From Eledone cirrhosa (taxonomy: Eukaryota): a stretch of DNA of 64,000 nucleotides. The stretch spans positions 31,682,001 to 31,746,000 of the forward strand of contig OZ024748.1 of NCBI GenBank assembly GCA_964016885.1, given 5' to 3'. The notes under the pieces are model-generated. The model was not told the DNA's origin. It was given only the letters and a program-made list of their open reading frames with translations, and did not search any database. Positions within the stretch are counted from its first letter, which is position 1; each line of letters opens with the position of its first letter. Shown piece after piece: positions 14,880-30,358 of this stretch. Position numbers and translations under genes: made by a program.

Positions 14880-15230
14880 CACGGGCACTCTATCTCAAAA
14901 TTATTTTTGAAAAGCATTAGAAATGCGCAACCGGTAAGACTCAAAACCAAAACTGAATACTAACCAATACTATTAATAATTTTTACTTATTCCTAAGTAA
15001 ACTATTTTACACTGGGAACAATTTGTCAGAGTGACCGTGCTGTTTGCTCAGATCAGAGCAAACAGCACGGTCACTCTATCTCAAAATTATTTTTGAAAAG
15101 CATTTAGAAATGCGCAACCGGTAAAAACTTAAAAACTTAAAACCACAACTGAATACTAACCCATACAATCACTAATACTCTTTTATTCCTAATTAAACCA
15201 TTTTTCAACTGTGAACAATTTGTCAGCATT
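14880..15230. repeat. two ~190 bp tandem units with a ~50-bp hairpin at the junction (15028-15077)
   Basis: cactctatctcaaaattatttttgaaaagcatt..aatttgtcag occurs twice; AGAGTGACCGTGCTGTTTGCTC / GAGCAAACAGCACGGTCACTCT. Confidence 0.75.
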
Positions 15231-15283
15231 TTCTATTCCGTTTACCAATATATAATAACTTGTGTGTTACACCTCTATTCTTT

Positions 15284-15408
<125 letters not shown>

Positions 15409-15417
15409 GTATATATG

Positions 15418-15464
<47 letters not shown>

Positions 15465-15481
15465 GTATATATATATATTTA

Positions 15482-15512
<31 letters not shown>

Positions 15513-15526
15513 TTATATATGTGTAT

Positions 15527-15568
<42 letters not shown>

Positions 15569-15589
15569 GTATATATATATATGTATATA

Positions 15590-16352
15590 TCTATATCCAA
15601 AATTAAGATAAATCAAATGAATTTAATCTAAATCAAAATTATGGGTGTCATGCCAGAAAGACATGCGCCATATCACCCGCAAAATAAGCTCTAAGATCTA
15701 ACGAATAGGTCCGAGCATTTTATAATAACTAGAAATTGATTAACATATAAATAAACATGAATAATCACAGGAGATCATTTTTACAAGTGTGTAACCACAC
15801 ATAGCTAGGTAGGTAACTTAATAAACTTGACCATATGGCGCATGTCTTTTTGGCATGACACCCATAATTTTGATTTAGATTAAATTCATTTGATTTATCT
15901 TAATTTTGGATATAGATATATAAATACGGCTCCTTAATTGGAGAGCTAACTCTGTTGAAAGGACTCGACTGCTGTTTCTAGTTGTCGATAATCCTATTCA
16001 CGCCACTGGGACGAAGCTAGTATGATGTGTGTATTTCTAATAGATATAGCACGTGTTGCTGGCCAGTCGCTGATTTGAACTTGAAGTGTAAACACGGATC
16101 GCTGGAACTTCTTCCTTGTTGAAAATCCAAGTATCCACTTCCATGGTTTATCATCCGATTAATTGGTGAAATATATTTCTTTAATGGAATATATACAGGG
16201 AAGATTAATCATATTATAAGGTATCTATTTTTGAAGTTCTAGTCAACTTTATTTAGTTACCTACATAGCTATGTGTGTTTACACACTTGTAAAAATTATC
16301 TCCTGTGATTATTCATGTTTATTTATATGTTAATCAATTTCTAGTTATTATA
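15590..16352. repeat. element with interleaved inverted repeats (15590-15672/15833-15918; 15722-15830/16243-16352)
   Basis: Reverse-complement matches read directly. Confidence 0.75.
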
Positions 16353-16358
16353 TATATG

Positions 16359-16391
<33 letters not shown>

Positions 16392-16404
16392 GTATATATA
16401 TATG

Positions 16405-16520
<116 letters not shown>

Positions 16521-16522
16521 CG

Positions 16523-16553
<31 letters not shown>

Positions 16554-16554
16554 G

Positions 16555-16603
<49 letters not shown>

Positions 16604-16673
16604 TGTATATACATATATATGTATATATATATATTTATATGTATATATATATCTATATGTATATATATATGTG

Positions 16674-16867
<194 letters not shown>

Positions 16868-16869
16868 GA

Positions 16870-17272
16870 TAATTAAGTTAAAAATGTACATCCACATATG
16901 TATACTGAAATACTAGTATGCATATGAATACACACACGTATACATATGTAGATGTACCGAGTTTTTCACTGGTCACTTTACTGTGAGTGTCCAGCTATTC
17001 TGTATGTAAACACACAGACAAACCGGTTTTTAGAGTCTAAAAACCGGTTTGTCTGTGTGTTTACATACAGAATAGCTGGACACTCACAGTAAAGTGACCA
17101 GTGAAAAACTCGGTACATCTACATATGTATACGTGTGTGTATTCATATGCATACTAGTATTTCAGTATACATATGTGGATGTACATTTTTAACTTAATTG
17201 TTTAAGCGTCAGTCATACAAAAGTGAGTTACAAACGAAACGAAATTTAATTTCGTTTCGTTATTTGTTTTTC
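16870..17272. mobile_element. fold-back copy of retrozyme-like family R2
   Basis: 17036-17270 matches 39343-39578 and 39801-40037; 16870-17037 is its reverse complement. Confidence 0.85.
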
Positions 17273-17562
17273 TATATATATATATATATATATATATACC
17301 TATATGGTAGCCAATGATGTTGACTTGTTCTTCATTTTGGTAAATATCATCTTGGTTAAAAGAGTGGGACTGGCTTTGTGCAGTGCCTTTGCTCACTATA
17401 AAAGCTTCACGGCACAGGCATTGCTTTATATCTGGCTTTAGTCGCTGGCTGGACTAAGAAGTCACACTCGTTCAGTGCATCTGTAGAGGTTCTCCTACAT
17501 GGATATAAAGTAGTGGCCGTACTCGAAAACGAGTTGGCAGCCACCACATATATATATATATG

Positions 17563-17597
<35 letters not shown>

Positions 17598-17692
17598 ATG
17601 TATATATATATATATGTATATATGTATATATATATATATGTATATATATATATGTATATATATATATGTATATATATATATATGTATATATG

Positions 17693-17741
<49 letters not shown>

Positions 17742-17898
17742 GTATAAATATATATATGTGTATATAAATATATATGTATAAATATATATATGTATATATA
17801 TGTGTATATATATATATATGTATATATATATATGTTTATATATATATGTATATATATATATATATGTATATATATATGTATATATATATATGTATAAA

Positions 17899-17957
<59 letters not shown>

Positions 17958-17958
<1 letters not shown>

Positions 17959-18408
17959 TATAGGAACCAGTAAGACCCCGACGGCTGAGCTCAAGCCGTT
18001 TCGACGGCTAATTCTGGACTAAATGAAAATTTATCCTGGTATTTAAATAGCCGAACTTCTCAAGGGGTACTTCCATATATGGTCAAAGTGATTGTCACAA
18101 GGATTGGTCACAAGTTAGTAGTAATTCTGTGATGGCAAATTAGTGGGGGAAGGGGCAGCTAAACCTGCCAGTAGGAGAAAAAGGGGAGGGGTGGAGTAGA
18201 CCCATTCATGCGTTGGTAGTGCCGGCTACAGCTGGGCGTGAGGTCAAAGAAGATACTAGGGAAGCGGAGGGGGAGGAAGTCGAAACGGTAAGTAGAACAA
18301 TGTAGGGTAAAAATATATTTAAAAAATACTGAGAGTGATAAAAAGCGAATAAATGTAAAGAAAAAAATAAGCAATTTCTACGACCTAAGTCTCTCGCTAT
18401 TGCTGGGC

Positions 18409-18447
<39 letters not shown>

Positions 18448-18888
18448 GTAAATAAATAAATAAATAACAAAAAAAAATAATAAATAAATAAACTAGGTGC
18501 GACGGAATAGGAAAGGACCCTTTTAAGAGGTATAAATACGTATATCATACGGTGGCGGGTCAACAAATGGGGGGCTAAAATACTAAAGAAACTACCACGA
18601 AAAAATTAATAAAGGTTTCTACCCCAGGCACAAGGCCAGCAACCACCCAGTGCAGAAAAGTAAACTAGTACTATATTTCTTAGTGCTAGCTTTGCTTTAA
18701 TTTCTCGTTTATTCAGTATTTCTTTCTTCCCTTTTCTTTTGGGCGGGGTGGATTCTGAATTCATTTTCCGTATTCTACTTTTACTTCGTACGAACTTTCA
18801 TGTAGCTTGTATAAGAACTTTTGTAGCGTGGCGGTACCCTTAAATTTAGCATTAGTATATTTTTTTCGGGACTCTGAATCATTATTTC

Positions 18889-18890
<2 letters not shown>
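17958..18890 (-). mobile_element. non-coding pLTR-like element ending in an HHR; includes (AATA)n and a SINE tail fragment (~18615-18653)
   Basis: Pyrimidine-rich minus strand with an HHR ~15 nt from the (TA)n junction; same terminus at 45766. Confidence 0.6.
17975..18068 (-). ncRNA. type I hammerhead ribozyme, U3-A8 core variant
   Basis: Minus strand: ACCCC-TTGAGAA-GTTCGGCTA..TAGCCGTC-GAAA-CGGCT TGAGCTC AGCCG-TC-GGGGT. Confidence 0.82.
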
Positions 18891-18923
<33 letters not shown>

Positions 18924-19069
18924 AATCGCTGTTTTCACCCTTAACGGGATCTTCTGAAACTAACAAAGTTAATCTGTAAACGCAGAACTGGATATTTCAA
19001 AAAACGTTGCAACCGGAGGAAGACAGGAAGACGATACTTTGGTTCGTGGAAACGTTCGCTGGCTAAGAA

Positions 19070-19325
19070 CGGGAAAAAACGAATAATACGTCATTAATAG
19101 GAGCGGTGAAAAACAATTACGCGCAAAGACAGAACCACGTTTATGGTATAAACGAGGTCGTAGACTAATGTTCTCTTAGGTGGTGCATAGAGATGTTCTC
19201 AGGCAATGAACGAAAAAAACGAAGATAATACGTCATATGTGGAGCGTGGAGAACAATAGCACGCAAAGACAAAACCACGTAAATGGTATAGCAAAAGTCG
19301 TAGACTAAATTCTAACTAGGCGACC
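19070..19325. repeat. two diverged ~135-140 bp tandem units
   Basis: gaaaaaacgaa..aatacgtcat..cgcaaagaca..accacgt..atggtata..gtcgtagactaa occurs twice. Confidence 0.7.
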
Positions 19326-19434
19326 GAATGAATCTCCGCTACAGAGTTAAGAACAAAGTAAATAAATACAATACAGAAGTAATAGAAATAAATAAATACA
19401 TACACGCAAACAAAAACGTACATACACAAGCATA

Positions 19435-19950
19435 CGCTGGGACACCATGTGCGTTCAACAACACATTTTCTCTCAGTCTTTCTAAGTATTTTGAAGTGAA
19501 ACATAGCAATTTCTGGATACCTGCATCTGAGGACAAAAATGGAATTTTCACTTATTGTTGCGAAACAGATTTGAGTTTTGAAATTTAAATTTGTCCAGGT
19601 ATCACGACTATTGCCAATATGGGTTTGTTTTTATTGATTTATTATTTTAAATCGTGACAGGCAAACTGTATTAATTTAATTAGTATTTTTCAATCTAGCT
19701 AACCTGGTCATTTGCAATACAAACACTTATATACTTGTATTAGTGTTTATCATATATTAATTTGTATTTCACGGCTCAGAAATATCTCTTTCTTTGTGCT
19801 ATTTAATTGTAAAAGACTGTTTGAGTTTATAACTCTATATATAGTATTATCGGCTCCATATGTTGAGCTAAACTTTTTAGTTCCATAAAAACGGCTGCTA
19901 TTTCTAGCGGCACAAGTATAGGACTGGCTAGACGCTGGAACACCATGGTC
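19435..19950 (+). mobile_element. diverged R1 monomer with HHR 19516-19603
   Basis: Colinear with the 8656-9172 unit; GATACCTG-cat-CTGAGGA..GAAA-CAGATTTGAGTTT..AAATTTAAATTTG-TC-CAGGTATC. Confidence 0.72.
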
Positions 19951-20818
19951 ACACACACACTTCCGGAATATAATGTCATCTCACTAAACTAAACAACATG
20001 ATCTATTAATTAAGAATCGACAAGATATGGTTTATAACTTGGTTCTATGCTGAATCATCGTGGATTGTGTGATAGACCTGTAGTCTATATATTGCGTTTC
20101 ATGCATTATGTGAGTGGTGGTGTGTGCGAAGACAGTGGTACAGTTTTGCCTATGTCATAATATGTTTTATAATATGTTTGATATTTTTGATATTTTGGTG
20201 TTTCTCTACATTCGGGATTGTATATCATACAGGTGTATGCGAAAAAATGATTTAACAATACAGCCCACATAATACTATTGATTGCCTGCTTTAACTGCCT
20301 GATCCTACAAGTAACAATCTGCCGCACTCTAATCCTGTATAAATAAGACACGCGTGCATGCTACACGTGAGATTGTTTCATACACTGACTACTCTAAACT
20401 TTCCTCTTGATTTATCTTCATAAACCGCCAATGTTTCATTTTTATTTTTATTTTTATTTTTATCCTTTAACCTTTATATGTAAATTGCCATGCTATATCA
20501 TTATGATGGATGTCATCCCACTGTGGGTCAATATATGCATATGTTTTTATATGTCTCTTGTGTTGAAAAGGAGGTCAAGTATGTTATAGATCACTAAATA
20601 GTTGCTCCGAAGAATCCAAACCTCGGTTTGGAGAAAACAATTGTAAGCAGATAAATGATTTAAACTGAACTTTGATTATTGTAATCTCTATATAACTGCT
20701 CTGTAAAACAACTGATGTTATTACCGGTAATAAGATAGTAATGAATGACTATCTTTCACTATTTGGGGTTTGTATAAAAAAAATATATAACCATAAAAGG
20801 TTTTATTATATACATAAC

Positions 20819-21010
20819 CAGGATGGTTAATTGGCAGTATCGGTAGAGGGTTGGACGCCATGCTTTCTAGCATAGTTACATCCCTTTACATTCTGAGTTC
20901 AAATCCCGCCGAGGTTAACTTTGCCATTCATCCTTACGGGGTCGATAAAATAAAGTACCAGTAATGCACTGGGTAATTGCTGGCCTTGTGCCTAAAGTAG
21001 AAATAATTAT
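20819..21010 (+). mobile_element. tRNA-derived SINE (octopus OR/OK-like)
   Basis: A box TGGCAGTATCGG, B box GAGTTCAAATCC, core GCCATTCATCCTTACGGGGTCGATAAAATAAAGTACCAG; three copies in the window. Family name from recall only. Confidence 0.85.
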
Positions 21011-21037
21011 ATACATAACCATAAATAGTATCCTTAA

Positions 21038-21081
<44 letters not shown>

Positions 21082-21193
21082 ATATATATGTATATATGTA
21101 TATATATGTGTTATATATATATATATGTATATATATATATGTATACATATAAATATATATATGTATATATATATATATTGTATACATATACAC

Positions 21194-21229
<36 letters not shown>

Positions 21230-21382
21230 GTATATATATATATTTATATATGTATACATATATATATATATGGATATATATATATGTATATATGTATACA
21301 TATATATATATATGGATATATATATATGGATATATGTATACATATATATATATATGGATATATATATGTATATATATATATG

Positions 21383-21435
<53 letters not shown>

Positions 21436-21468
21436 GTATATATATATATATGTATATATATGTATATA

Positions 21469-21539
<71 letters not shown>

Positions 21540-21670
21540 TATGTATATATATATATTTATATATATATATATGTATATATATAGATGTATATATATAGAT
21601 GTATATATATATATATATATGTGTATATATATTCATTAGTTAAGCAAAACAATATATATATGTATGTATG

Positions 21671-21703
<33 letters not shown>

Positions 21704-21842
21704 GTATATATATATATGTATATATATATGTATATATATATATTTATATATATATATTATATATATGTATATATATATATGTATATATATAGATGTATAT
21801 ATATTCATTAGTTAAGTAAAACAATATATATATGTATGTATA

Positions 21843-23815
<1,973 letters not shown>

Positions 23816-23896
23816 TATACTCGTTGAGCAAACCTACACGTACGCTGTTCATCTCTAACGTAACGATATATTATCACTACATTATTGATAACCTGA

Positions 23897-24003
<107 letters not shown>

Positions 24004-24125
24004 TATACATATATATATACATATATATATATATATAAATATATATACATATATATATATATATATAAATAAATATACATATATATATATACATATATAT
24101 ATACACATATATATATATATATTAA

Positions 24126-24154
<29 letters not shown>

Positions 24155-24156
<2 letters not shown>

Positions 24157-24753
24157 GAAAGACGTAAATAAGAAAGTTATGAAAATTGACTTACTTACTA
24201 AAATTTCACTCCAACTAATTAGTTTCTGTAAGGGGATAAATACAGTTATGTAATACCTGTAGAGAAGCCTTACGTCATCAGGGAGTCTATTCTCAGCTAA
24301 GCTACCAGGCAATGCGGGGACACTGGAAACTTATATAACAATAATTCAGTGGATGGAAAAAAGCGAAAAAGGCGAGCGGGGCTAGATTCCAAGCCACTGA
24401 AAAATTCACTGCCTTCTTGGTTATGTGGCAAATTCAAAAGAATTAATCACGTGACACTGAGGTTAACCAGCTTGGAGTGGGGATGCTATTTAGACAGAGC
24501 CTAACCACTACTATCAGTCACAGTAGTAATTTGGCAAATTTTGAGCAACAAGTAATTTGGAGATGAATATATAGAATTAATATATCTACCGACATATGTA
24601 TACAGATGCATACATATGCTAGCAGATATATATGTTTTGTCTAAGTAACTTTGTAGTTCTATGCAGGGGAATGCAGAACAATTATATGTAAGTAAGTCAA
24701 TTTTCATAACTTTCTTATTTACGTCTTTCATATAATTGTTCTGCATTCCCCTG
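24155..24753 (-). mobile_element. diverged monomer of retrozyme-like family R3 with short inverted piece (24690-24753)
   Basis: Reverse complement aligns to the 537-bp unit at 56371-59160; same 3' end ..TTACGTCTTTCATATA. Confidence 0.85.
24208..24286 (-). ncRNA. type I hammerhead ribozyme (R3)
   Basis: ACTCC-CTGATGA-C-GTAAGG..CCTTAC-A-GAAA-CTAATTAG-TT-GGAGT. Confidence 0.9.
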
Positions 24754-25440
24754 AGCACTCTGGCTCATACTCATGGCGCTAGAAATAACAGCCGTTTATA
24801 TGAGATTACGAATTCAGCTCTACCGAAGGAGCAGATATAATATAATTTAGAGTTGAATTCGTAATCCCATATAAACGGCTGTTATTTCTAGCGCCATGAG
24901 TATGAGCCAGAGTGCTGGGAAAATCGTGTGCAAAAGCACATGTATTTGGCATACGACAGACCAGTCCTAAGATATTTCTCCTAGGTGAAGTAACTCTAAT
25001 TTTTCTGGGTGCCTATTGAGAATCACAGAAAATTGATTATTTCACTAATAATTATTTCATAAATAGTTATTCCATAATTAATTGATTATTTCAATAGTAT
25101 ACCATCCTTTGTGAAACAGGTTTATTTTTTGAAGTTCGGACTGATCTGCGGAAAAGGTTTGAATTTTGAAATTTAAACTTGTCTAGGCACCAGGGCAGTT
25201 GCCGATATACGTCTGAGTATAGATTTATTATTTTTTAGATCGATACAGGCGGACTATATGTGTTTGAATTAAGGTATTTCTATCTGGCTAAATTATTGTC
25301 AATTTGCAAAAAAAAACAAAAAAAAACACATTAGTGTTGATCATAATTTTATATTAAATTGTATTGTACTGCTCAGAAAGATTTCTTAGAGCTAAATAAT
25401 TGTATTTGACTCCTGAGTGAAAATTCTCAATTATATTATA
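24754..25440 (+). mobile_element. diverged R1 copy with 5' inversion (24754-24820 / 24850-24915) and decayed U3-A8 HHR 25008-25191
   Basis: GGTGCCTA-TTGAGAA...GAAAAGGTTTGAATTT..AAATTTAAACTTG-TC-TAGGCACC. Confidence 0.68.
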
Positions 25441-25454
25441 TATTTATATATATG

Positions 25455-25544
<90 letters not shown>

Positions 25545-25560
25545 TGTATATATATTGTAT

Positions 25561-25597
<37 letters not shown>

Positions 25598-25622
25598 GTA
25601 TATATATATTGTATATATATAT

Positions 25623-25677
<55 letters not shown>

Positions 25678-25711
25678 TGTATATATATATATATATATTG
25701 TATATATATAT

Positions 25712-25754
<43 letters not shown>

Positions 25755-25860
25755 ATATATATACATTGTGTATAAATATATATTGTATATATATATATAT
25801 ATATATTGTATATATATATATTGTATATATGTATATATATATATATTGTATATATATATT

Positions 25861-25906
<46 letters not shown>

Positions 25907-25997
25907 TATATATATATATATATATATTGTATATATATATATTGTATATATATAGTATATATATATATATATATATATTGTATATATATATATATAT

Positions 25998-26076
<79 letters not shown>

Positions 26077-26156
26077 ATTTATTTTATATATATATATATC
26101 GTATATATATATATCGTATATATATATGTATATATTGTATATATGTATATATATAT

Positions 26157-26195
<39 letters not shown>

Positions 26196-27622
26196 GTAGG
26201 AGGTGAGTTTTATTGTAGTACAATAAAGCAATGCAGATATCGGATAAGAAGCACTCTACAGTTTGTGGGACTGGAGTATGCATAATATAAGATCAAAAGA
26301 TGGTTAAAGGAGTTCAATATATTTTATTATGCGCATTTCAAAAACAAACATCATCAAACAATAATATTTGTGTTTTCATCAGATAAAACAGGAGAACATG
26401 ATATGAAGGCTAAAAAAAACACTTGTTGATAGTGCAGTTTTAAATCAACATATGATAAGTGGTTTTAGATTGATGTGTGATATTGGGAAAAATATTTTAT
26501 TTAGAGAGGGGAGGAGAGAAAAGGATGAAAAGGGAAGGAGATGAGAGGGAGAGATGGGTGATAGAGAGAAAGAGATAGTTTTTATAACAGAGAGGAGATA
26601 TATTTTATATAGAGGGGTTGAAAACCGTTGGAAGATACTGTATAAATTAAAAATTTTGAAAATTAACGAAGGGAGGATATGTGTGAGGAAAAAATATATT
26701 ATATTTAGGGAGGGGTGGGGGTGGAAAGGATGAAAAAAAGGGGAGGAGATGAGAGTGAAGGTGGAAAGGGAGAGATGGGTGATAGAGAGAAAGAGATAGT
26801 TTTTATAACTGAGAAAAAGATATAATGTTTTAATATAGAGAGGTTGGGAACCGTTGGAAGATAATGTATAAATTAAAGGAATTTGAAAATTAACGAAGGG
26901 AAATTATGTATGGAGATAGAGAGAAAAAAATAACGAAGGGAGATTATGTATGGAGATAGAGAGAAAAAAAAATAATAATTGTGGGTGAATATTCAAAAGG
27001 AGAAATGTAGGAATTTTAAAATTAGCAAAGAGAAAAAGTTTATGTATAGGATTTGAGAAAAATAATGTGAAGTTAAAGTTTTTATATTGAATTCATATGT
27101 ATTAATAATGAGTTCGTTGATGGGGAGAAAAAAATAATAATAAATTAAGGATGAAATTGAGATTAAAAAGATTTATGATAGAGAGAAAAAATAATAATGA
27201 TTGCGGATGAATACTCAAAATGTCAAAAACAAATGTTATTGTTTTACGAGGAGATATAATGAGGGTGATGAGTAAACGGGTATTATAGAGTGTATAATGC
27301 CCTTTAAAGTAAGGTAGATGGGTATATTTTAAAGAATATATGAGTATATATTAAAAAAAATATATAATAATAAATTAAGGATGAAATTGAGATTAAAAAG
27401 ATTTATGATAGAGGGAAAAAAAATAATAATGATTGCGGATGAATATTCAAAATGTCAAAAACAAATGTTATTGTTTTACGAGAAGATAGGATGAGGTAAA
27501 TGAGTAAACGAGTACTATAGAGTGTATAATGCCCTTTAAAGTAAGGTAGATGGGTATATTTTAAAGAGGTGTATGTATATGTGCCTTTGAGAAAAGATTC
27601 TAAATTGATAAAGAATTGAATA

Positions 27623-29375
27623 TTAACTGTATACTTTGTGAAAAGTTCTATGGAATTTATGCAGGCAGATGGAAAACAAATCCGAGCGTCTATTTATTAT
27701 GGATTCTAGGTTAGAGATAATGGTAAATTTTTCATTTAGGCAGAGATTACAGATTTTAGATAGAGAACTGTTCAAGTACGAGGATGCAGAAGAAATCTTT
27801 TTCCAAAAGATGTTATATTTAATGTTTTTGTCTTTTAAGGACCATATGAGTTCTGAGAGAGCAGTGTTAGTTCTTTTAAGTTTGTATTTGAAAGATGAAT
27901 GATGATTATAGAGACGAGCTTTAAAAGAGGTGGAAGTGGAGCCAAAATAGGTGAAGGAGTTGGTGCTAGTTATAATTTTACATTCATAAATTAAGTTTTT
28001 ATCGAGGCAATGGTTGTTGAGAGGACATTTATTTTTAATGCGGCAGTTGCAATTAGAGAGATTATTAATGAGTGATCTAGTGTTATCTATAGAAGGAATT
28101 GGATTGGAGAAGTTGTTTGCGATAGGAATAATAGGAATAATAGTTTCTTGATTTAGAGTTGGATTATGAACATTTAGCGAAGTTGTGTTTGACGTTGCAT
28201 TTGGGTTTACAGAAGTTAGCCTAGGGTTTACAATGACGTCAGGAGTACTATTATTGTTATTATGAGATTCAATATTGGAAGGAAGAGATTTAGTATTTAA
28301 TATTTTGTTGTTGTGTTTAGAAATGATGTTGGAAATATTGGAGGATGTAGAATACGAAAATTTAATGGTGTGTTTGTTAAATATTTTACTATAGATATGT
28401 GAGGGAGGGAAGCATTTATTTAAGGCACTAAAAAATAATTTAGGAATATTGTTATTAATAGAGATGGAGAAAGGAGCATTATACCAGATTATGTTTTTGT
28501 ATCTAGGTCTTTTATTAAAATTATTGGAATGGTTATGATTAAATATTCTACTGTAAGTTTTCCTAGAATTTGTTTCTTTATTATATTTGATTTTATCTGG
28601 ATAGCCGGCTTTAGAAAGTGCGTTATTATAGTAATTGGCGTTAGCATCAAAGATGTTTTTATTAGAAGATATGTTAGATATTCTATTTCCAATATTATTA
28701 ACTATAGCATTCTTGATATTGGTAGGATGGTTAGATTTAAAGTTAACATAATTAAGATTCTCATTGTTTTTATGGTAAGGGTAATATAGGCCAGTGTCAA
28801 GATTAAGAGATACATCCAAGAAATTAGCTAGTTTGGTACTATTATCAAATTCAATTTTTAGGTTACGTTGGTTAAAGAGATTACGTATATTGTTCTTAAT
28901 AATATTAAGTTTAACTATATTGCAATTTAGGATAGTAAAGAGTCCATCGTCACGATAAATTCCACCGCGAAGTTGAGGAATTTTCCGACTCAAAGAGTTC
29001 AAAATGAAGATACCAATTAAATCAGTCAATTGGGATGAATCGGATGCTCCCATTGTGATGTCGAAGTTGTTAGAGGTATCGGCTCTGGTCCAATATTCGT
29101 TGTTGAACTCTAGGATGGTTTTACGTGCGGTGAGGATGATGTGAAGTTCATCTGTGGTGATGTCAGAATATTTAAGTGCGAAAGATAGAGCATTATTGAG
29201 AAGTGAAGGCGAAATGGAGGAATAGTAGCTGGCAATATCGAATTGAATAAATTTTAGTTTGTTTTTATTATCCAATTTGTTGAACCAGCCAATCACTTCA
29301 GAAGTACCAAACCATAAATTTAGGTTTAAAGAAGAGCAATTAGAACTAACCTGTGGGATAATCCTATCCAAGATG
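27623..29375 (-). CDS. PLE RT + GIY-YIG polyprotein, uninterrupted but 5'-truncated at the inversion junction
   Basis: FDIASYYSSI, DITMGASDSSQLTDL, GIYRDDG, FLDV, CNC..CPL..C linker, LIYECK..YFGST, CNLC..EK, CLH. The first ~25 aa of the ORF-track protein come from the inverted arm. Confidence 0.9.
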
Positions 29376-30358
29376 GCTATCCAGATAAAATCAAATATAA
29401 TAAAGAAACAAATTCTAGGAAAACTTACAGTAGAATATTTAATCATAACCATTCCAATAATTTTAATAAAAGACCTAGATACAAAAACATAATCTGGTAT
29501 AATGCTCCTTTCTCCATCTCTATTAATAACAATATTCCTAAATTATTTTTTAGTGCCTTAAATAAATGCTTCCCTCCCTCACATATCTATAGTAAAATAT
29601 TTAACAAACACACCATTAAATTTTCGTATTCTACATCCTCCAATATTTCCAACATCATTTCTAAACACAACAACAAAATATTAAATACTAAATCTCTTCC
29701 TTCCAATATTGAATCTCATAATAACAATAATAGTACTCCTGACGTCATTGTAAACCCTAGGCTAACTTCTGTAAACCCAAATGCAACGTCAAACACAACT
29801 TCGCTAAATGTTCATAATCCAACTCTAAATCAAGAAACTATTATTCCTATTATTCCTATCGCAAACAACTTCTCCAATCCAATTCCTTCTATAGATAACA
29901 CTAGATCACTCATTAATAATCTCTCTAATTGCAACTGCCGCATTAAAAATAAATGTCCTCTCAACAACCATTGCCTCGATAAAAACTTAATTTATGCATG
30001 TAAAATTATAACTAGCACCAACTCCTTCACCTATTTTGGCTCCACTTCCACCTCTTTTAAAGCTCGTCTCTATAATCATCATTCATCTTTCAAATACAAA
30101 CTTAAAAGAACTAACACTGCTCTCTCAGAACTCATATGGTCCTTAAAAGACAAAAACATTAAATATAACATCTTTTGGAAAAAGATTTCTTCTGCATCCT
30201 CGTACTTGAACAGTTCTCTATCTAAAATCTGTAATCTCTGCCTAAATGAAAAATTTACCATTATCTCTAACCTAGAATCCATAATAAATAGACGCTCGGA
30301 TTTGTTTTCCATCTGCCTGCATAAATTCCATAGAACTTTTCACAAAGTATACAGTTAA
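29375..30358 (+). pseudogene. inverted duplicate of the linker + GIY-YIG coding region
   Basis: GYPDKIKY...FHKVYS* read on the + strand. Confidence 0.88.

Noticed and set aside
19960-20815. Host exon or ncRNA in the unexplained unique stretch
   Set aside because: No credible ORF, motif or homologous copy that I could recognise in the window.
20819-20915. tRNA gene
   Set aside because: A and B boxes only, no cloverleaf; continues into a SINE body present three times.
27623-29375. Selenoprotein-type Naiad (in-frame UGA plus SECIS)
   Set aside because: Some Naiads recode UGA as Sec, but the conserved Cys positions I could read here are TGY codons and I saw no convincing SECIS. The TGA at 13443 corresponds to TGG in the other arm, so it is an ordinary mutation.
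29376-29452. N-terminus MVMIKYSTVSFPR.. of the 609-aa ORF
   Set aside because: Antisense read-through from the inverted arm, not the real start.
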